Assembly (NCBI GenBank): GCA_963703955.1
Contig: CAVPGK010000015.1
Location: 128,001-192,000, forward strand
DNA length: 64,000 nucleotides
Origin: Nitrospirota bacterium
GTDB taxonomy: Bacteria; Nitrospirota; Nitrospiria; Nitrospirales; Nitrospiraceae
Direction of reading: 5' to 3'
Below, in pieces: positions 1 to 10,070 of this stretch (positions within the stretch are counted from its first letter, which is position 1; every line of letters begins with the position of its first letter). The notes under the pieces were generated by a model that made no database searches, was not told where the DNA came from, and saw only the letters and a list, made by a program, of their open reading frames with translations. Made by a program: the position numbers and the translations under genes.

Positions 1-245
1 AATGAGTTCGTTTCCCGCCAGTTTTCCGATACGTCAACAATCCCCTCTTGTAGCAGCCGGTTGGCGATGTGGATTGTGTAAAACTCCCGGTGAGCCATGA
101 TCACGGCGTGCAAATAGTCAGCAACGGTTTGTGGAGGAATACCCCTCGGAGTCCCGAAGTCCTTCTCGACGGCGGTGACGCTCGAGATAACCAGCACCCC
201 GATCACTACAATGACTGCAACCCACGTCAAGGTTTTACTGGTCAT
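1..245 (-). CDS. Exported DUF3365/Tll0287-like protein, N-terminal part (runs off the window edge)
   Basis: Own translation MTSKTLTWVAVIVVIGVLVISSVTAVEKDFGTPRGIPPQTVADYLHAVIMAHREFYTIH...SENWRET; signal peptide; GGAGG RBS; family assigned from memory. Confidence 0.6.
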   Translation of the reverse strand, partial: MTSKTLTWVAVIVVIGVLVISSVTAVEKDFGTPRGIPPQTVADYLHAVIMAHREFYTIHIANRLLQEGIVDVSENWRETNS

Positions 246-512
246 GATTTCCCTCCTTCCCTAAGGGACTGGCCTCGTCAGGTAGCTCAAACGTAGACTC
301 TCCCATATGTGAGGTCTCGTCAGGTCCATTCTTCTTGAATCCGCGAAAAGCCTACGCCGAAAAACCAGAATAATCTATCAATTTGACTGAACTGGCAGGG
401 CTCAATAAACACAAAGCCCGCCATATAGGTTGAAAAAATGGTGCCTGGCCATTTCATGACATCGCCTGCTGTCCCCAAGTCCAACTGGCCAGAGACACAC
501 AATCCACGTGCG

Positions 513-2300
513 CTAGGGCGAGGAAAGGTTCGCAGGGACTGAAGGGGGTGAAGCCTGCCCTTTCTTAAACTCTTCGATGGAGTACGGCTGATCTCCAGGC
601 TTCTGTGCCTGGGACTTGTCGTGATAGACGTGACACGTCAGGCACTGCGTGCGCGCCCCCCCTGGCTCAAAATGGCAATTCCGGCAAGACGCGATCCCGG
701 GCAGCAGAACGTCCTTGGTCTTTACGCTTCTGGGAGCCGCCTCGTGGCAGGCGACGCACTTGAGGAGGTTGTGAGCTTTGTGATCGAAGGTGCTGTAAGG
801 TAACCAGCGCTCCGGCATGTCGGTCTTCACGATCGTGGGAAGCATCGGGGACTCTGACACGCGAGTGCTGGACTTTGCTCCACCGAACTGCGTTGACTGA
901 GAAGCCCCAGCGGGAATGTCTAGCAGATGACAGAGCGCGCACTTACCTTTTTTCGCCTGTGAACCTGGGGGCCCCATAAGCAGCCGTTCCGACTCTTCCA
1001 CCATGCCGTTGACCCACATCTCCTCTTTAGGCCTGGGCGCGCCGGGCAACCGCCTCGCGGGCCCTCTGGCCTTCAGCTCAGGCTGGTGTTGCAGAAGATA
1101 GTACTCTGCATACGTTGCGCGAAGGAACCGGTCCACCTCCTCCAGAGCCTCTCCATGCGGGACAGTCTTCCCCGGCAAGCGCTCGTCGAAATCAAGAAGA
1201 TGGCACCGCATGCAATCCTTTTCATACTTCACCGGACGCATGTAAGCCCCTTGCTGGTCGCCTTGATGACAACTGGCGCAGGACAGTTGCTCCGGACCAT
1301 CGGGGCCCATAAGGTCCGGCTTCAGGTGGAGGTGGTGGTTGAACGTGATGGTCGCCGCATCCACCACTTGTTTGCCCTCGTCGAGCCCCACTCGTTGAAC
1401 AGCGTACCCCGGCCGCAACACTGAAATCGCAAATTCAGGATGGTCAGCCATGAAACTGTGGATCGCCGTCGTAATCGGCATGCGGGGTTCCTTGACCTTG
1501 AGGTCCGCGTGGCACTGAACGCAGCCCGCGAACACAGCAGTCAGACCCGCCTGGCCCCTGTGCTCAACGTGACAGCTGGCGCATTGCGGCGCCGGGCTGA
1601 ACGCCTGCTTGCTAAAATGCGGCGGCCCGCTGTGGCAGCTCAGACAGGTTTTGTCCGGCACGCCGGTGAGAACCGGGTTCCAAGCCACATGACAGCGCAC
1701 GCAGTCGTTGGCGAAGAGGCGATGCTTCATAGAAATCGATCCGGGCATGAACACCAAATGCTTCCCCAGCGCAGAGACTAGGGCGCTTCCCCCCAACACC
1801 ACCAGGACGGCCAAAAGGGTCACCGTGGTTTTATTGAAGTACCGGCCCTGAAGCTGGTAGGCCGCGAGCAAGTGAAATTTCTCGTCGCGCATCTTGGATG
1901 TAGGCGTGGGCGGGAGCGCTCCTAGCGCCGCCGTTGGCGGAGCCTCGCGCACGAGATCCGCAAGGACTTCGTACTCGATCGTGAAAGGTGAGGTCGGATT
2001 TGGCCGAGCAAACCGAAAGGTGTAAGGTCCGATTCGGATCACGCCGGCCTCGGGTAGGACGATCTCCTTGACGGGTACGTCGTTTACCCACGTAAGGTTC
2101 AGGATACTGAGGTCACGGAGTACATAGCATTCGCCCTCTTCTCGAATGACGGCGTGGTGGAGCTGGACTGAATGATCGTCCAGATGCAGGTCGTTGTCAG
2201 TCCCACGGCCGATACGGAGGGTTGTGCCAGAGAGTTCGGTCATCTGACTCTTCTCGCCGCCAGGTCCCAGCTTCTCCTTCGCGATGATCACAAACGGCAT
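513..2300 (-). CDS. FHA domain + TM helix + decahaem cytochrome c
   Basis: FHA motif IGRGTDNDLHLDDHSVQLHHA; hydrophobic helix near aa 160-180; 10 CxxCH motifs. Confidence 0.85.
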   Translation of the reverse strand: MPFVIIAKEKLGPGGEKSQMTELSGTTLRIGRGTDNDLHLDDHSVQLHHAVIREEGECYVLRDLSILNLTWVNDVPVKEIVLPEAGVIRIGPYTFRFARPNPTSPFTIEYEVLADLVREAPPTAALGALPPTPTSKMRDEKFHLLAAYQLQGRYFNKTTVTLLAVLVVLGGSALVSALGKHLVFMPGSISMKHRLFANDCVRCHVAWNPVLTGVPDKTCLSCHSGPPHFSKQAFSPAPQCASCHVEHRGQAGLTAVFAGCVQCHADLKVKEPRMPITTAIHSFMADHPEFAISVLRPGYAVQRVGLDEGKQVVDAATITFNHHLHLKPDLMGPDGPEQLSCASCHQGDQQGAYMRPVKYEKDCMRCHLLDFDERLPGKTVPHGEALEEVDRFLRATYAEYYLLQHQPELKARGPARRLPGAPRPKEEMWVNGMVEESERLLMGPPGSQAKKGKCALCHLLDIPAGASQSTQFGGAKSSTRVSESPMLPTIVKTDMPERWLPYSTFDHKAHNLLKCVACHEAAPRSVKTKDVLLPGIASCRNCHFEPGGARTQCLTCHVYHDKSQAQKPGDQPYSIEEFKKGQASPPSVPANLSSP

Positions 2301-2311
2301 ACGGCGCTCGG

Positions 2312-3145
2312 CTAGTAATACAAAACCACAAGGAGGTGGATGCCCACGGCCGCCACCATGGCGATCGAGACAGGCACATGCACGTACAACCAGGCCTGGA
2401 GCCCATTCTTCAAGCGCATCTGGCCCGCCAGATAGGCCTCAAGTTCCGTCTTCCGCATGACCAGGCCGACAAACTTCGAAAAGGCTTCCTGATCGGACGA
2501 CGAGACACCCGCAAGCTGTTCATGAAGGTCATGCGTCCGCTGAGCCAAGATGGCATTGGGATCAACAGGCGTAAACAGGATGGGCCATCCCTGAGGCTTG
2601 AGTTCGCGGTACTGACGGACCTCCTCCTGGTAGAGGTGTTGAAAGATGCCGGGCTTGTCGGCGCCGAGTTGTCTCATCTCTTTGAGGATCTGATTGATCC
2701 CCGCCTCAATCGTCTCCGGGAGCATGCCTCTCTCATGCAACGTGAGGATCAGCGGGACCGTGAGATAAATGCGGAGCCCCACAATCCCGCTGAGCACCAC
2801 GACTACCAGCAGAACATAGGCGAGGGTATGGACATTCCATCCAAATCGAAAGCCAGCATGCATAGGGATGATCAGGAGAGTCAAAAGTCCGAGGTACACA
2901 TGGGCACTCGTCCAACCCTGAAGCGTGCCGAGGTGGGAGAAGTACCAGCGTTTCCGAATGCCCAGGAACATGAGCACCAGAATCGCGATCAGCCCGATCC
3001 ATCCATACACGAGACCCCAGACAGTGCTCCCAGAGGGAATTGTGGTGCGGCTGTAATAGGAATAGCTGAGGAGAAGGGCAACCGCTCCGATCACCGAGCC
3101 CCTCAGATAACGCTTCCTCCCATATGTCAGTAGCGTCCCTTGCAC
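2312..3145 (-). CDS. Ferric-reductase-like (putative di-haem b) membrane protein
   Basis: Several TM helices; two H-x13-H motifs (HVYLGLLTLLIIPMH, HVPVSIAMVAAVGIH). Confidence 0.65.
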   Translation of the reverse strand: MQGTLLTYGRKRYLRGSVIGAVALLLSYSYYSRTTIPSGSTVWGLVYGWIGLIAILVLMFLGIRKRWYFSHLGTLQGWTSAHVYLGLLTLLIIPMHAGFRFGWNVHTLAYVLLVVVVLSGIVGLRIYLTVPLILTLHERGMLPETIEAGINQILKEMRQLGADKPGIFQHLYQEEVRQYRELKPQGWPILFTPVDPNAILAQRTHDLHEQLAGVSSSDQEAFSKFVGLVMRKTELEAYLAGQMRLKNGLQAWLYVHVPVSIAMVAAVGIHLLVVLYY

Positions 3146-3195
3146 CGCTCGACGAAACCCTTTGATACCTTCGGTTATGCGATCGCCTTTGCCAA

Positions 3196-5556
3196 CTAGT
3201 CCCTGACAACCTTGATCCGATCAAAGAATTCTGCGGGACTGACCCGGAACGCCGCACCGGTGGGGCAGCTTCGCACGCAAGCCGGCCCGGCGGGATCGTT
3301 CCGGCAGAGATCGCACTTCACAGCCTTGGTCGGCTGCTCATCCGGGGTCATCTCTTCCGACGTGAGACCGATCAGACCCAGAAGTCGCCCCAACGCGCCG
3401 GTCTTAGGCTTCTGACGCATCATGAAGATCACGCCATAGGGGCAATTCGCCGCGCATTTGCCACACCCTATGCACTTGCCCTCGTCCACATAGACCTCGC
3501 CCCTGGGATCACGGCGGATGGCGTCGCCCGGCGGGCAATCAGTGAGACAGAGAGGATTCTCGCAATGGCGACAGGAGGTAGGAACCTTCAGAGCCCCGAA
3601 AAGGGCTCCCTCATGGCGATACAGACGCGTTTGGCCGTTGTGCGTCGCCGCACAGGCCGTCACACAGTTATCACACCGAACACACTTGCTCTCGTCAATC
3701 AGCAGGACATCGGTCCCCTGAAAGATGCCCTCGTTCAACAGTTCATCAAGGTGCCCTGACCCCGCCGAACCCATCAACTGCAAGGCCTGATACTCGATGA
3801 GCCGGCGTTCCATGGTTTGACGGAGAGTCCTCCGGAGTTCAGGGAATCTCTCCAGCATGATGTCAAAATCATCCTTCCTTATCAGAATGACTTCGGTTAG
3901 GGTGGTAGCCGTCACAGTGGCAATTCGATGTGAGTCCTGGGGGCTAAGTAGAGCAATCTCTCCAAAATACTGGCCGGCCGGGAGGTATTTCAGCACAATC
4001 TCATTGTGCCTCTCCCGCTTGCAGAGTTTGACCGAGCCGGAGCGGATCAGATAGAAGGCGTCCCCGATATCACCCTCCTTGAAGATGACCTCATCTTTCT
4101 GAAAGGACTTGATCTCGGCGTGCTGCGCTAACTCTTGCACGAAGCCCTCACCGCCGTCTGGAATGAGATGGGTCTGAATCGCCCGAGCGATGAACGCTTC
4201 GTCCAGAGATCGCCTGACCGACGGCTCGCTCGCCATCAGCTGGAGCATGGCCTTACGGGGTATTTCGAGCAGCGTGGCCGAACTCACGGTCGTGACCGTG
4301 CCTGATCTTCGGCGGCCTGAGAACAGGCTCATCTCGCCGAAGAAGGCGCCTTGTTTGAGAATCAACGGGTACCCCAATGGCAACGAGATCCCAACCTCCC
4401 CGTCCAGAATCATATACAGACTATCGGTGAACTCGTTCTCTTCAAAGACGACATGCCCTAGGGGCATTCGACGGATAGTCGCTTGCAGGAGCAGCTCACG
4501 GAGAGATTGAATCGGGACCTTGGCCAATAGCGGAATGGTTCGGGCAATGTGGGCCAACCGATCATTGATGCTTCCTTCAAGGAAATTCAGTTTTTCCCTG
4601 AGGAGCGGTGCCTCTACCGGCTCGATTTGGCGCCCCAGGATGTGCTCGACGACTTCGTAGCCATGGTTGATTCCTTGCTTGATGAGGTTGTAGCCGGCCA
4701 CTGCTCCAATCAGGTAGAGGCCAGGAATGCTCGACTCGTAATGCTCTGAGAGGATAGGAAGCGAGCTGGGGTCCTGGGATGTAAAGGTTACCCCGCATTT
4801 CTCTAAGAACGGCCTGGGCAAGGAGGCTCCGATACGGATGACCACAAGGTCGGCTTTCACCCTCACCACGCCATCGGGGATCAACACGACCGTATGCCCC
4901 GGCTCGAACCGGTCGATAGTGGCGCTGTGAAAGGCGACCACCTTCTTGGCTTTTAGCTTCTCGGTGATCTGGCGATCCAGCGCGTCCTTGAGCCGGTAAA
5001 ATTCCCTGCTGCGGTTGATCACGTAGACCCGATTCTTCTCGCACAGCGCCAGGACCCCTTCGATCGCGGCGTCGCCGGCGCCGACCATCATGATATCCAA
5101 ATCTTCATAGCTGAACGGATCGGTCATCTTATAGGTCACGTGCGGGAAGCCTTCCCCCGGCTTGCCGACCCGGTTGGGATTTCCCTGAACGCCGATGGCG
5201 AGAATGACGTGCTTGGCCTGATAGGTAGCCTTATCGGACCTGATGCTGAAAACGGCGTCCTTCTTGACGACCTCCTGGACCAGTTCAGGCCGATTGACCT
5301 GGACCTGAAATTTCCCGACCGCATCGTGCCAAGTCTGGAGAATCAGCTCCCGGGTTCCGGGTTCAAACGGCAAATCGCTGCGGAGGGGAATCATGGAGGG
5401 TTCGGCCATCACGTGCTTTTTCTTCTGATAGTCGAAGACCGTGTTGGCAAGCTCGCCTTTCTCGAGAATGAGAACGCTCAGGCCATTTTTCTTAGCATGA
5501 CACGCCGCGCTCAATCCCGCGGGCCCTGCTCCAACAACCAGCAGATCATAAATCAT
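3196..5556 (-). CDS. FAD/NAD(P)H oxidoreductase fused to two cNMP-binding domains and a 4x[4Fe-4S] ferredoxin domain
   Basis: GAGPAG and GAGDAA Rossmann motifs; FFGEMSL...R and YFGEIAL...R phosphate-binding cassettes; four Cys clusters of DmsB/NrfC type. Confidence 0.85.
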   Translation of the reverse strand: MIYDLLVVGAGPAGLSAACHAKKNGLSVLILEKGELANTVFDYQKKKHVMAEPSMIPLRSDLPFEPGTRELILQTWHDAVGKFQVQVNRPELVQEVVKKDAVFSIRSDKATYQAKHVILAIGVQGNPNRVGKPGEGFPHVTYKMTDPFSYEDLDIMMVGAGDAAIEGVLALCEKNRVYVINRSREFYRLKDALDRQITEKLKAKKVVAFHSATIDRFEPGHTVVLIPDGVVRVKADLVVIRIGASLPRPFLEKCGVTFTSQDPSSLPILSEHYESSIPGLYLIGAVAGYNLIKQGINHGYEVVEHILGRQIEPVEAPLLREKLNFLEGSINDRLAHIARTIPLLAKVPIQSLRELLLQATIRRMPLGHVVFEENEFTDSLYMILDGEVGISLPLGYPLILKQGAFFGEMSLFSGRRRSGTVTTVSSATLLEIPRKAMLQLMASEPSVRRSLDEAFIARAIQTHLIPDGGEGFVQELAQHAEIKSFQKDEVIFKEGDIGDAFYLIRSGSVKLCKRERHNEIVLKYLPAGQYFGEIALLSPQDSHRIATVTATTLTEVILIRKDDFDIMLERFPELRRTLRQTMERRLIEYQALQLMGSAGSGHLDELLNEGIFQGTDVLLIDESKCVRCDNCVTACAATHNGQTRLYRHEGALFGALKVPTSCRHCENPLCLTDCPPGDAIRRDPRGEVYVDEGKCIGCGKCAANCPYGVIFMMRQKPKTGALGRLLGLIGLTSEEMTPDEQPTKAVKCDLCRNDPAGPACVRSCPTGAAFRVSPAEFFDRIKVVRD

Positions 5557-5584
5557 AGAGGTAGCCTAATTGATCTTGTTTACT

Positions 5585-6001
5585 TTACGTGGCGAAAAAG
5601 ACGCGTCCCTTCACCGCCTTTTGCAATGCCGCCTTATGGACCGCCGCCACAAGCTCTGCCGGGCGGACCGGTTTAACCAGATAATCCATCACACCTTGCT
5701 CCATCTTCAACTTCTCGGCGTCTAGGAGATCAGGTGTCCCGGTCATCACAATCACAGGAATGGAGGGGAAATGCGAACGAAAGTACGTGATGGCCTCAAA
5801 CCCATTCATCTTGGGCATATACAGATCGCAGATGATGACATCCACCAACAGGGCATCCCCGTCTGATTTTTGGATGGCGGCAACCCCTTTCTCTCCTTCT
5901 TCGGCTTCGACCACATCATAGCCCGCCTGTGTCAGGATCAAACGGAGCATCTGCCTGAGATATGCATCATCATCGACCACCAGCACTCTTCCCAGTCCCA
6001 T
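5585..6001 (-). CDS. Single-domain response regulator (CheY-like)
   Basis: VLVVDDD, ICDLYMPKMNG, YLVKP. Confidence 0.9.
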   Translation of the reverse strand: MGLGRVLVVDDDAYLRQMLRLILTQAGYDVVEAEEGEKGVAAIQKSDGDALLVDVIICDLYMPKMNGFEAITYFRSHFPSIPVIVMTGTPDLLDAEKLKMEQGVMDYLVKPVRPAELVAAVHKAALQKAVKGRVFFAT

Positions 6002-6161
6002 AGCATCCTCATATCAATTGATTCATTGAACTGTAAGAGACCCCTCTCTCTACGCGACCACAAAAGCGTGATCGCATTCTCCGTTCGAGACGTCTTGCCC
6101 CAATCGTTGGACCTCCTGCCATGCGACTCTATATGGTAAGTCCAGCACGAAAAGATTCGGA

Positions 6162-7385
6162 TCATCCTGACGCCCGAAATTCCACGATCGCAAATTTTCT
6201 GCGGCCGATGCGAAATCGATATGGACAACCCGGCTTCAATGTCAGGCTGGCGTTGGGATCCGTCTGCTTTTCATCGTTCACTTCCACGCCACCCTGGACA
6301 ATCAGGCGACGAGCCTCACTTTTGCTCGGGACTAACTTCGTCCGCGCCACCAGATCGACCAATGCCATGGCCGGCGCGTGCGCATTCGCCACATCGACCG
6401 AGGTGAGGGTCACGCGCGCATCTGGGTCAGCGGGAAATTCTCGTTCGCGGAATGTTCGCTGAAAGTCCGCCTTCGCACGTTCGGCGGCCGCGTCACCATG
6501 GTATCGAGACACAATCTGCTCCGCCAATGCCAACTTCTTCTCCATGGGATGGCCCGTCTTGACTTGGGCCAGATCCTGCGTGGTGAGCAGTTCATAGTAC
6601 CGGACCATGAGCGCATCGCTGATGGACATGACCCTGCCGAACATATCCCCAGGTTGATCTTCCAATGCGATATAGTTGCCGAAGCTTTTGCTCATCTTTC
6701 GAACCCCATCCGTGCCTTCCAGAAGCGGCGTGGTCAGCACCACCTGAGGTTCTTGGCCGAAGTCTCGTTGTAGATCGCGGCCGACGAGCAGATTGAATTT
6801 CTGGTCTGTGCCGCCCAACTCGACGTCCGCTTTAAGCGCGACGGAATCATAGCCCTGAATAAGGGGATACAAAAACTCATGGAGGCTGATGGGCTTCTGC
6901 TCGTGGTAGCGCTTATGAAAATCCTCCCGCTCCAGCATGCGGGCGACGTTGTAATGGGCGCTGAGCTGGATCAATTCCTCAGCCCGCATCGCATTCATCC
7001 AGCGGCTGTTGAACTCCACCGTTGTTTTTTTGCGATCGAGGATCTTGAAAATCTGCCGTTCGTAGGTTCTGGCGTTTTCCTCGACCTTTTCTTTGGTCAG
7101 CGCGACTCGGGTTTCAGACACGCCGGTGGGGTCTCCGATCATGCCGGTGAAATCGCCGATGAGAAAGATCACCTGGTGCCCGAGATCCTGGAAGTGCTTC
7201 AGCTTGTGAATGAGCACCGTATGGCCCAGATGAAGGTCCGGCGCCGTAGGATCAAATCCCGCCTTGACACGCAGGGGTCGATGCGCTTTGAGCGAGCGGG
7301 CGAGTTTGGCTTCGAGTTCGGACGGCTGAATGACCTCCACCGCCCCGCGGAGAATTAAGTCCAGCTGACGGGTCAGCTCACTCAC
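6162..7385 (-). CDS. tyrS: Tyrosine--tRNA ligase
   Basis: [19 protein letters not shown]-terminal S4 domain. Confidence 0.97.
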   Translation of the reverse strand: MSELTRQLDLILRGAVEVIQPSELEAKLARSLKAHRPLRVKAGFDPTAPDLHLGHTVLIHKLKHFQDLGHQVIFLIGDFTGMIGDPTGVSETRVALTKEKVEENARTYERQIFKILDRKKTTVEFNSRWMNAMRAEELIQLSAHYNVARMLEREDFHKRYHEQKPISLHEFLYPLIQGYDSVALKADVELGGTDQKFNLLVGRDLQRDFGQEPQVVLTTPLLEGTDGVRKMSKSFGNYIALEDQPGDMFGRVMSISDALMVRYYELLTTQDLAQVKTGHPMEKKLALAEQIVSRYHGDAAAERAKADFQRTFREREFPADPDARVTLTSVDVANAHAPAMALVDLVARTKLVPSKSEARRLIVQGGVEVNDEKQTDPNASLTLKPGCPYRFRIGRRKFAIVEFRASG

Positions 7386-7897
7386 AAATCTCTCTTCAAC
7401 TGACGCCCAGACAGCCCCTTGTTTCGATGGGCACCTTGAGGCAGAGTGACCCTAGCACCGATCATCACGAGTGGGCGCAGTTTTTCAAACCGCTTGGCTC
7501 CAATGCCTTTGACGTCTCTTAGATCCTCAACCTTTTCGTAGAGCCCATGGGTCTTTCGTCGCTCGAGCATACGCTGTGCCAACACGTGTCCGATCCCCGG
7601 CAGTGTCCGGAGTTCTTCCTCGGTCGCCTGATTAAGATCCATCTTGGACGCACCATCAGTTCGGTAAGCTTTCTGATGGGTCGATCGGTTGGGCGAGGGC
7701 ACCGCGATGGACGCCGCAGGAGTCGAATGGGGCATCTGAGAGGCAGACGCCACGGTCGAGGGTGGAAGAAGATGTTCTTGAGGCGGGTCAGTCAATGGAT
7801 CGACAAATCTCTGCTCCTCGGTTGTCCACCCGATCGTGACGACCACCGTTGCCGTCACCGCGAGCATGCCGACCTTGATCAGAAGAGAGTGAATCAT
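7382..7897 (-). CDS. comEA: ComEA-family helix-hairpin-helix DNA-binding protein
   Basis: N-terminal [16 protein letters not shown] and VKGIG HhH motifs. Confidence 0.8.
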   Translation of the reverse strand: MIHSLLIKVGMLAVTATVVVTIGWTTEEQRFVDPLTDPPQEHLLPPSTVASASQMPHSTPAASIAVPSPNRSTHQKAYRTDGASKMDLNQATEEELRTLPGIGHVLAQRMLERRKTHGLYEKVEDLRDVKGIGAKRFEKLRPLVMIGARVTLPQGAHRNKGLSGRQLKRDL

Positions 7898-7960
7898 AAG
7901 CCAAGCCTTGAGTCATCAACGTGTAGCATCAGCATGCCCCGGAAGACTAACCGCGACTCG

Positions 7961-9376
7961 TCACCGCTTGCGGGCTAGATGGATCGCCAGTCCATCGACA
8001 TCTTCGGCTACTTCCATCATACCTTCGGACAAGGTCGGATGGGCGTGTATCATGTCCGCGACCTGAGCGGCAGTAGCGCCGACTTGCATGGCGAGCGCTG
8101 CCTCATGGACAAGGTCCGCCGCATGAGACCCGATGATGTGCACACCGACAATCGCTCCGGACTTGGCCTCTGCAATCATCTTGAACAGGCCGGTCGCTTC
8201 TCCGATGGCCTGTGCCTTGCCCAACCCGGCATAACGGAAACGGCCGACCTTCAGCGCGGTGTTCGGACTCTCCCCCATGGCCTCGCTTCGCTCCCGCGCC
8301 TGCTGCTCCGTCAGGCCGACTCGACCGATTTCCGGCAAGGTAAAGATGCCGGCAGGCACCACAGTGTAATTGATCTCGCGAGGATGCCCGAGGATATTCT
8401 CGACGGCGACCTTTCCTTGCGCAGACGCGACATGTGCCAGCATGGCCTTGCCGACCACGTCGCCGATCGCATAGATGCCCCGCACGTTGGTCTCCATACG
8501 ATCGTTGACCAGGATCTCCCCTCGCTGGCCCAGTTGAACGCCGACCGTATCCAACCCGATGCCTCGCGAGTTGAATCCCCGTCCGACCGACACCAAGAGT
8601 TTCTCCGCCGTGATCGTGGCCCCGTCTTTCAGGTGAACGGTGACGGATCCCTCCTGCCGATCCAGCTTTTCCACGGTCGTCCCGGCCCGAACGTCCACGC
8701 CTCGCTTTTTCAGTTCGCGCGCGATGATGTTTGCGATCTCTTCATCCTCGAGCGGTAGGATCCTGGGCATCAACTCCACCACGGTCACCTGCGTGCCCAT
8801 TCCGCTGTAGAGTGAGGCGAACTCGCACCCTTCGACGCCCCCGCCAATGATCAGCAGGCTTGCCGGGACCTCCGTCAGATCCAGCGCTTCCTTGCTGGTA
8901 AGAACTTGCCGACCGTCAACCGGAAAGAGCGGCAGATTCGGCCATGAGGACCCCGTCGCCACGATGACCGCGTCTGCCTGCACGCGGCGTTCGGTTCCGT
9001 CTCGGTGCGCAACTCGCACCGTTCGCTCATCCAGTAACGCGCCCGCCCCATCGATGTGCTCGATCCCCCACGTCTTGAAGAGCGTTCCGATCCCTTTGAC
9101 CAGCCCGTCGACGACCGTGTTTTTCCGGTTCACCATGCGAGCGAGGTCGTAGCGTACCAGCCCGTCCAGTTTCAATCCCAGGTCAGCCGCCTTCTTGGCC
9201 CTGTCCCCCAACTCGACGACCGATAAGAGGGTCTTACTGGGAATGCATCCGCAGTTCAAACACACTCCGCCTAAGGCTTGATTCTCAACGACCGTGACCC
9301 GGGCTCCCAATTGCGCGGCGCGGATCGCCGCGACATAGCCACCCGGCCCGGCCCCGATGATCGCGATATGGGTCAT
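7961..9376 (-). CDS. lpdA: Dihydrolipoyl dehydrogenase
   Basis: GAGPGGY, GGVCLNCGCIPSK, HAHPTLSE. Confidence 0.95.
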   Translation of the reverse strand: MTHIAIIGAGPGGYVAAIRAAQLGARVTVVENQALGGVCLNCGCIPSKTLLSVVELGDRAKKAADLGLKLDGLVRYDLARMVNRKNTVVDGLVKGIGTLFKTWGIEHIDGAGALLDERTVRVAHRDGTERRVQADAVIVATGSSWPNLPLFPVDGRQVLTSKEALDLTEVPASLLIIGGGVEGCEFASLYSGMGTQVTVVELMPRILPLEDEEIANIIARELKKRGVDVRAGTTVEKLDRQEGSVTVHLKDGATITAEKLLVSVGRGFNSRGIGLDTVGVQLGQRGEILVNDRMETNVRGIYAIGDVVGKAMLAHVASAQGKVAVENILGHPREINYTVVPAGIFTLPEIGRVGLTEQQARERSEAMGESPNTALKVGRFRYAGLGKAQAIGEATGLFKMIAEAKSGAIVGVHIIGSHAADLVHEAALAMQVGATAAQVADMIHAHPTLSEGMMEVAEDVDGLAIHLARKR

Positions 9377-9389
9377 CTTAGAGTTTATT

Positions 9390-9448
9390 GATTTGCTGAT
9401 CTGATGATTTGCAATCGACAGATCACTAATTCATCAGATCAGCAAATC
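9390..9448. repeat. Perfect 18-bp inverted repeat in the gcvH-lpdA spacer
   Basis: GATTTGCTGATCTGATGA ... TCATCAGATCAGCAAATC. Confidence 0.8.
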
Positions 9449-9459
9449 GAATTCCTTCG

Positions 9460-9846
9460 CTATGTCTTCTGTGTCTTGAGAAATGCTTCATACTGGTCGG
9501 CAGTCATAAGTTTGTCGACCTGCGCGGGGTCCGAGAGCTCGACCACCGCCATCCATCCTTTCCCATAGGGATCGGTATTGACGGCTTCAGGATGATCTTT
9601 GAGATCCGCGTTGATCTTCACAATTTTGCCGCTCACCGGGGTGTACAGGCTCGACGTAGTTTTTGTGGACTCAACTTCTCCGATTTGCTGGCCGGCCGTC
9701 ACCGTTGCCCCCGCCTTCGGAAGGTCGATGAACACAATGTCCCCAAGGGCATCTTGCGCAAAATGACTGATGCCGATAGTCGCTTGTTTCCCCTCTATCC
9801 GAATCCACTCATGTTCTTGATGATAGCGGAGGTCTTTGGGCTCCAT
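9460..9846 (-). CDS. gcvH: Glycine cleavage system H protein
   Basis: HEW, GIS.FAQ.ALGDIVF, lipoyl motif ESTK. Confidence 0.95.
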   Translation of the reverse strand: MEPKDLRYHQEHEWIRIEGKQATIGISHFAQDALGDIVFIDLPKAGATVTAGQQIGEVESTKTTSSLYTPVSGKIVKINADLKDHPEAVNTDPYGKGWMAVVELSDPAQVDKLMTADQYEAFLKTQKT

Positions 9847-9860
9847 AGTCTCCTCTCGAC

Positions 9861-10025
9861 GGCTGCTGAAAAAGCCCTTATTTCACCCGCCCGCCCCACA
9901 GTGCGCCAAAACGCACCTCTTCCCGAAGCGACGTTCTCGGTCGCGTGTCCTCTCAACGTACACGACGAGTACGCCTCGGAGGCCCGCGCTCCCTGCGGCC
10001 TTGCCGGGGGACTCTTTGAGCAGCC
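9861..10025. mobile_element. MITE-like repeat with IS5-type ends
   Basis: Ends GGCTGCTGAAAAAG / CTCTTTGAGCAGCC; similar copy at 63926. Confidence 0.7.
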
Positions 10026-10070
10026 AAAAAGATTGAAGATTTGTTACAAAAACTGTGGCGCGAGCTTAGT

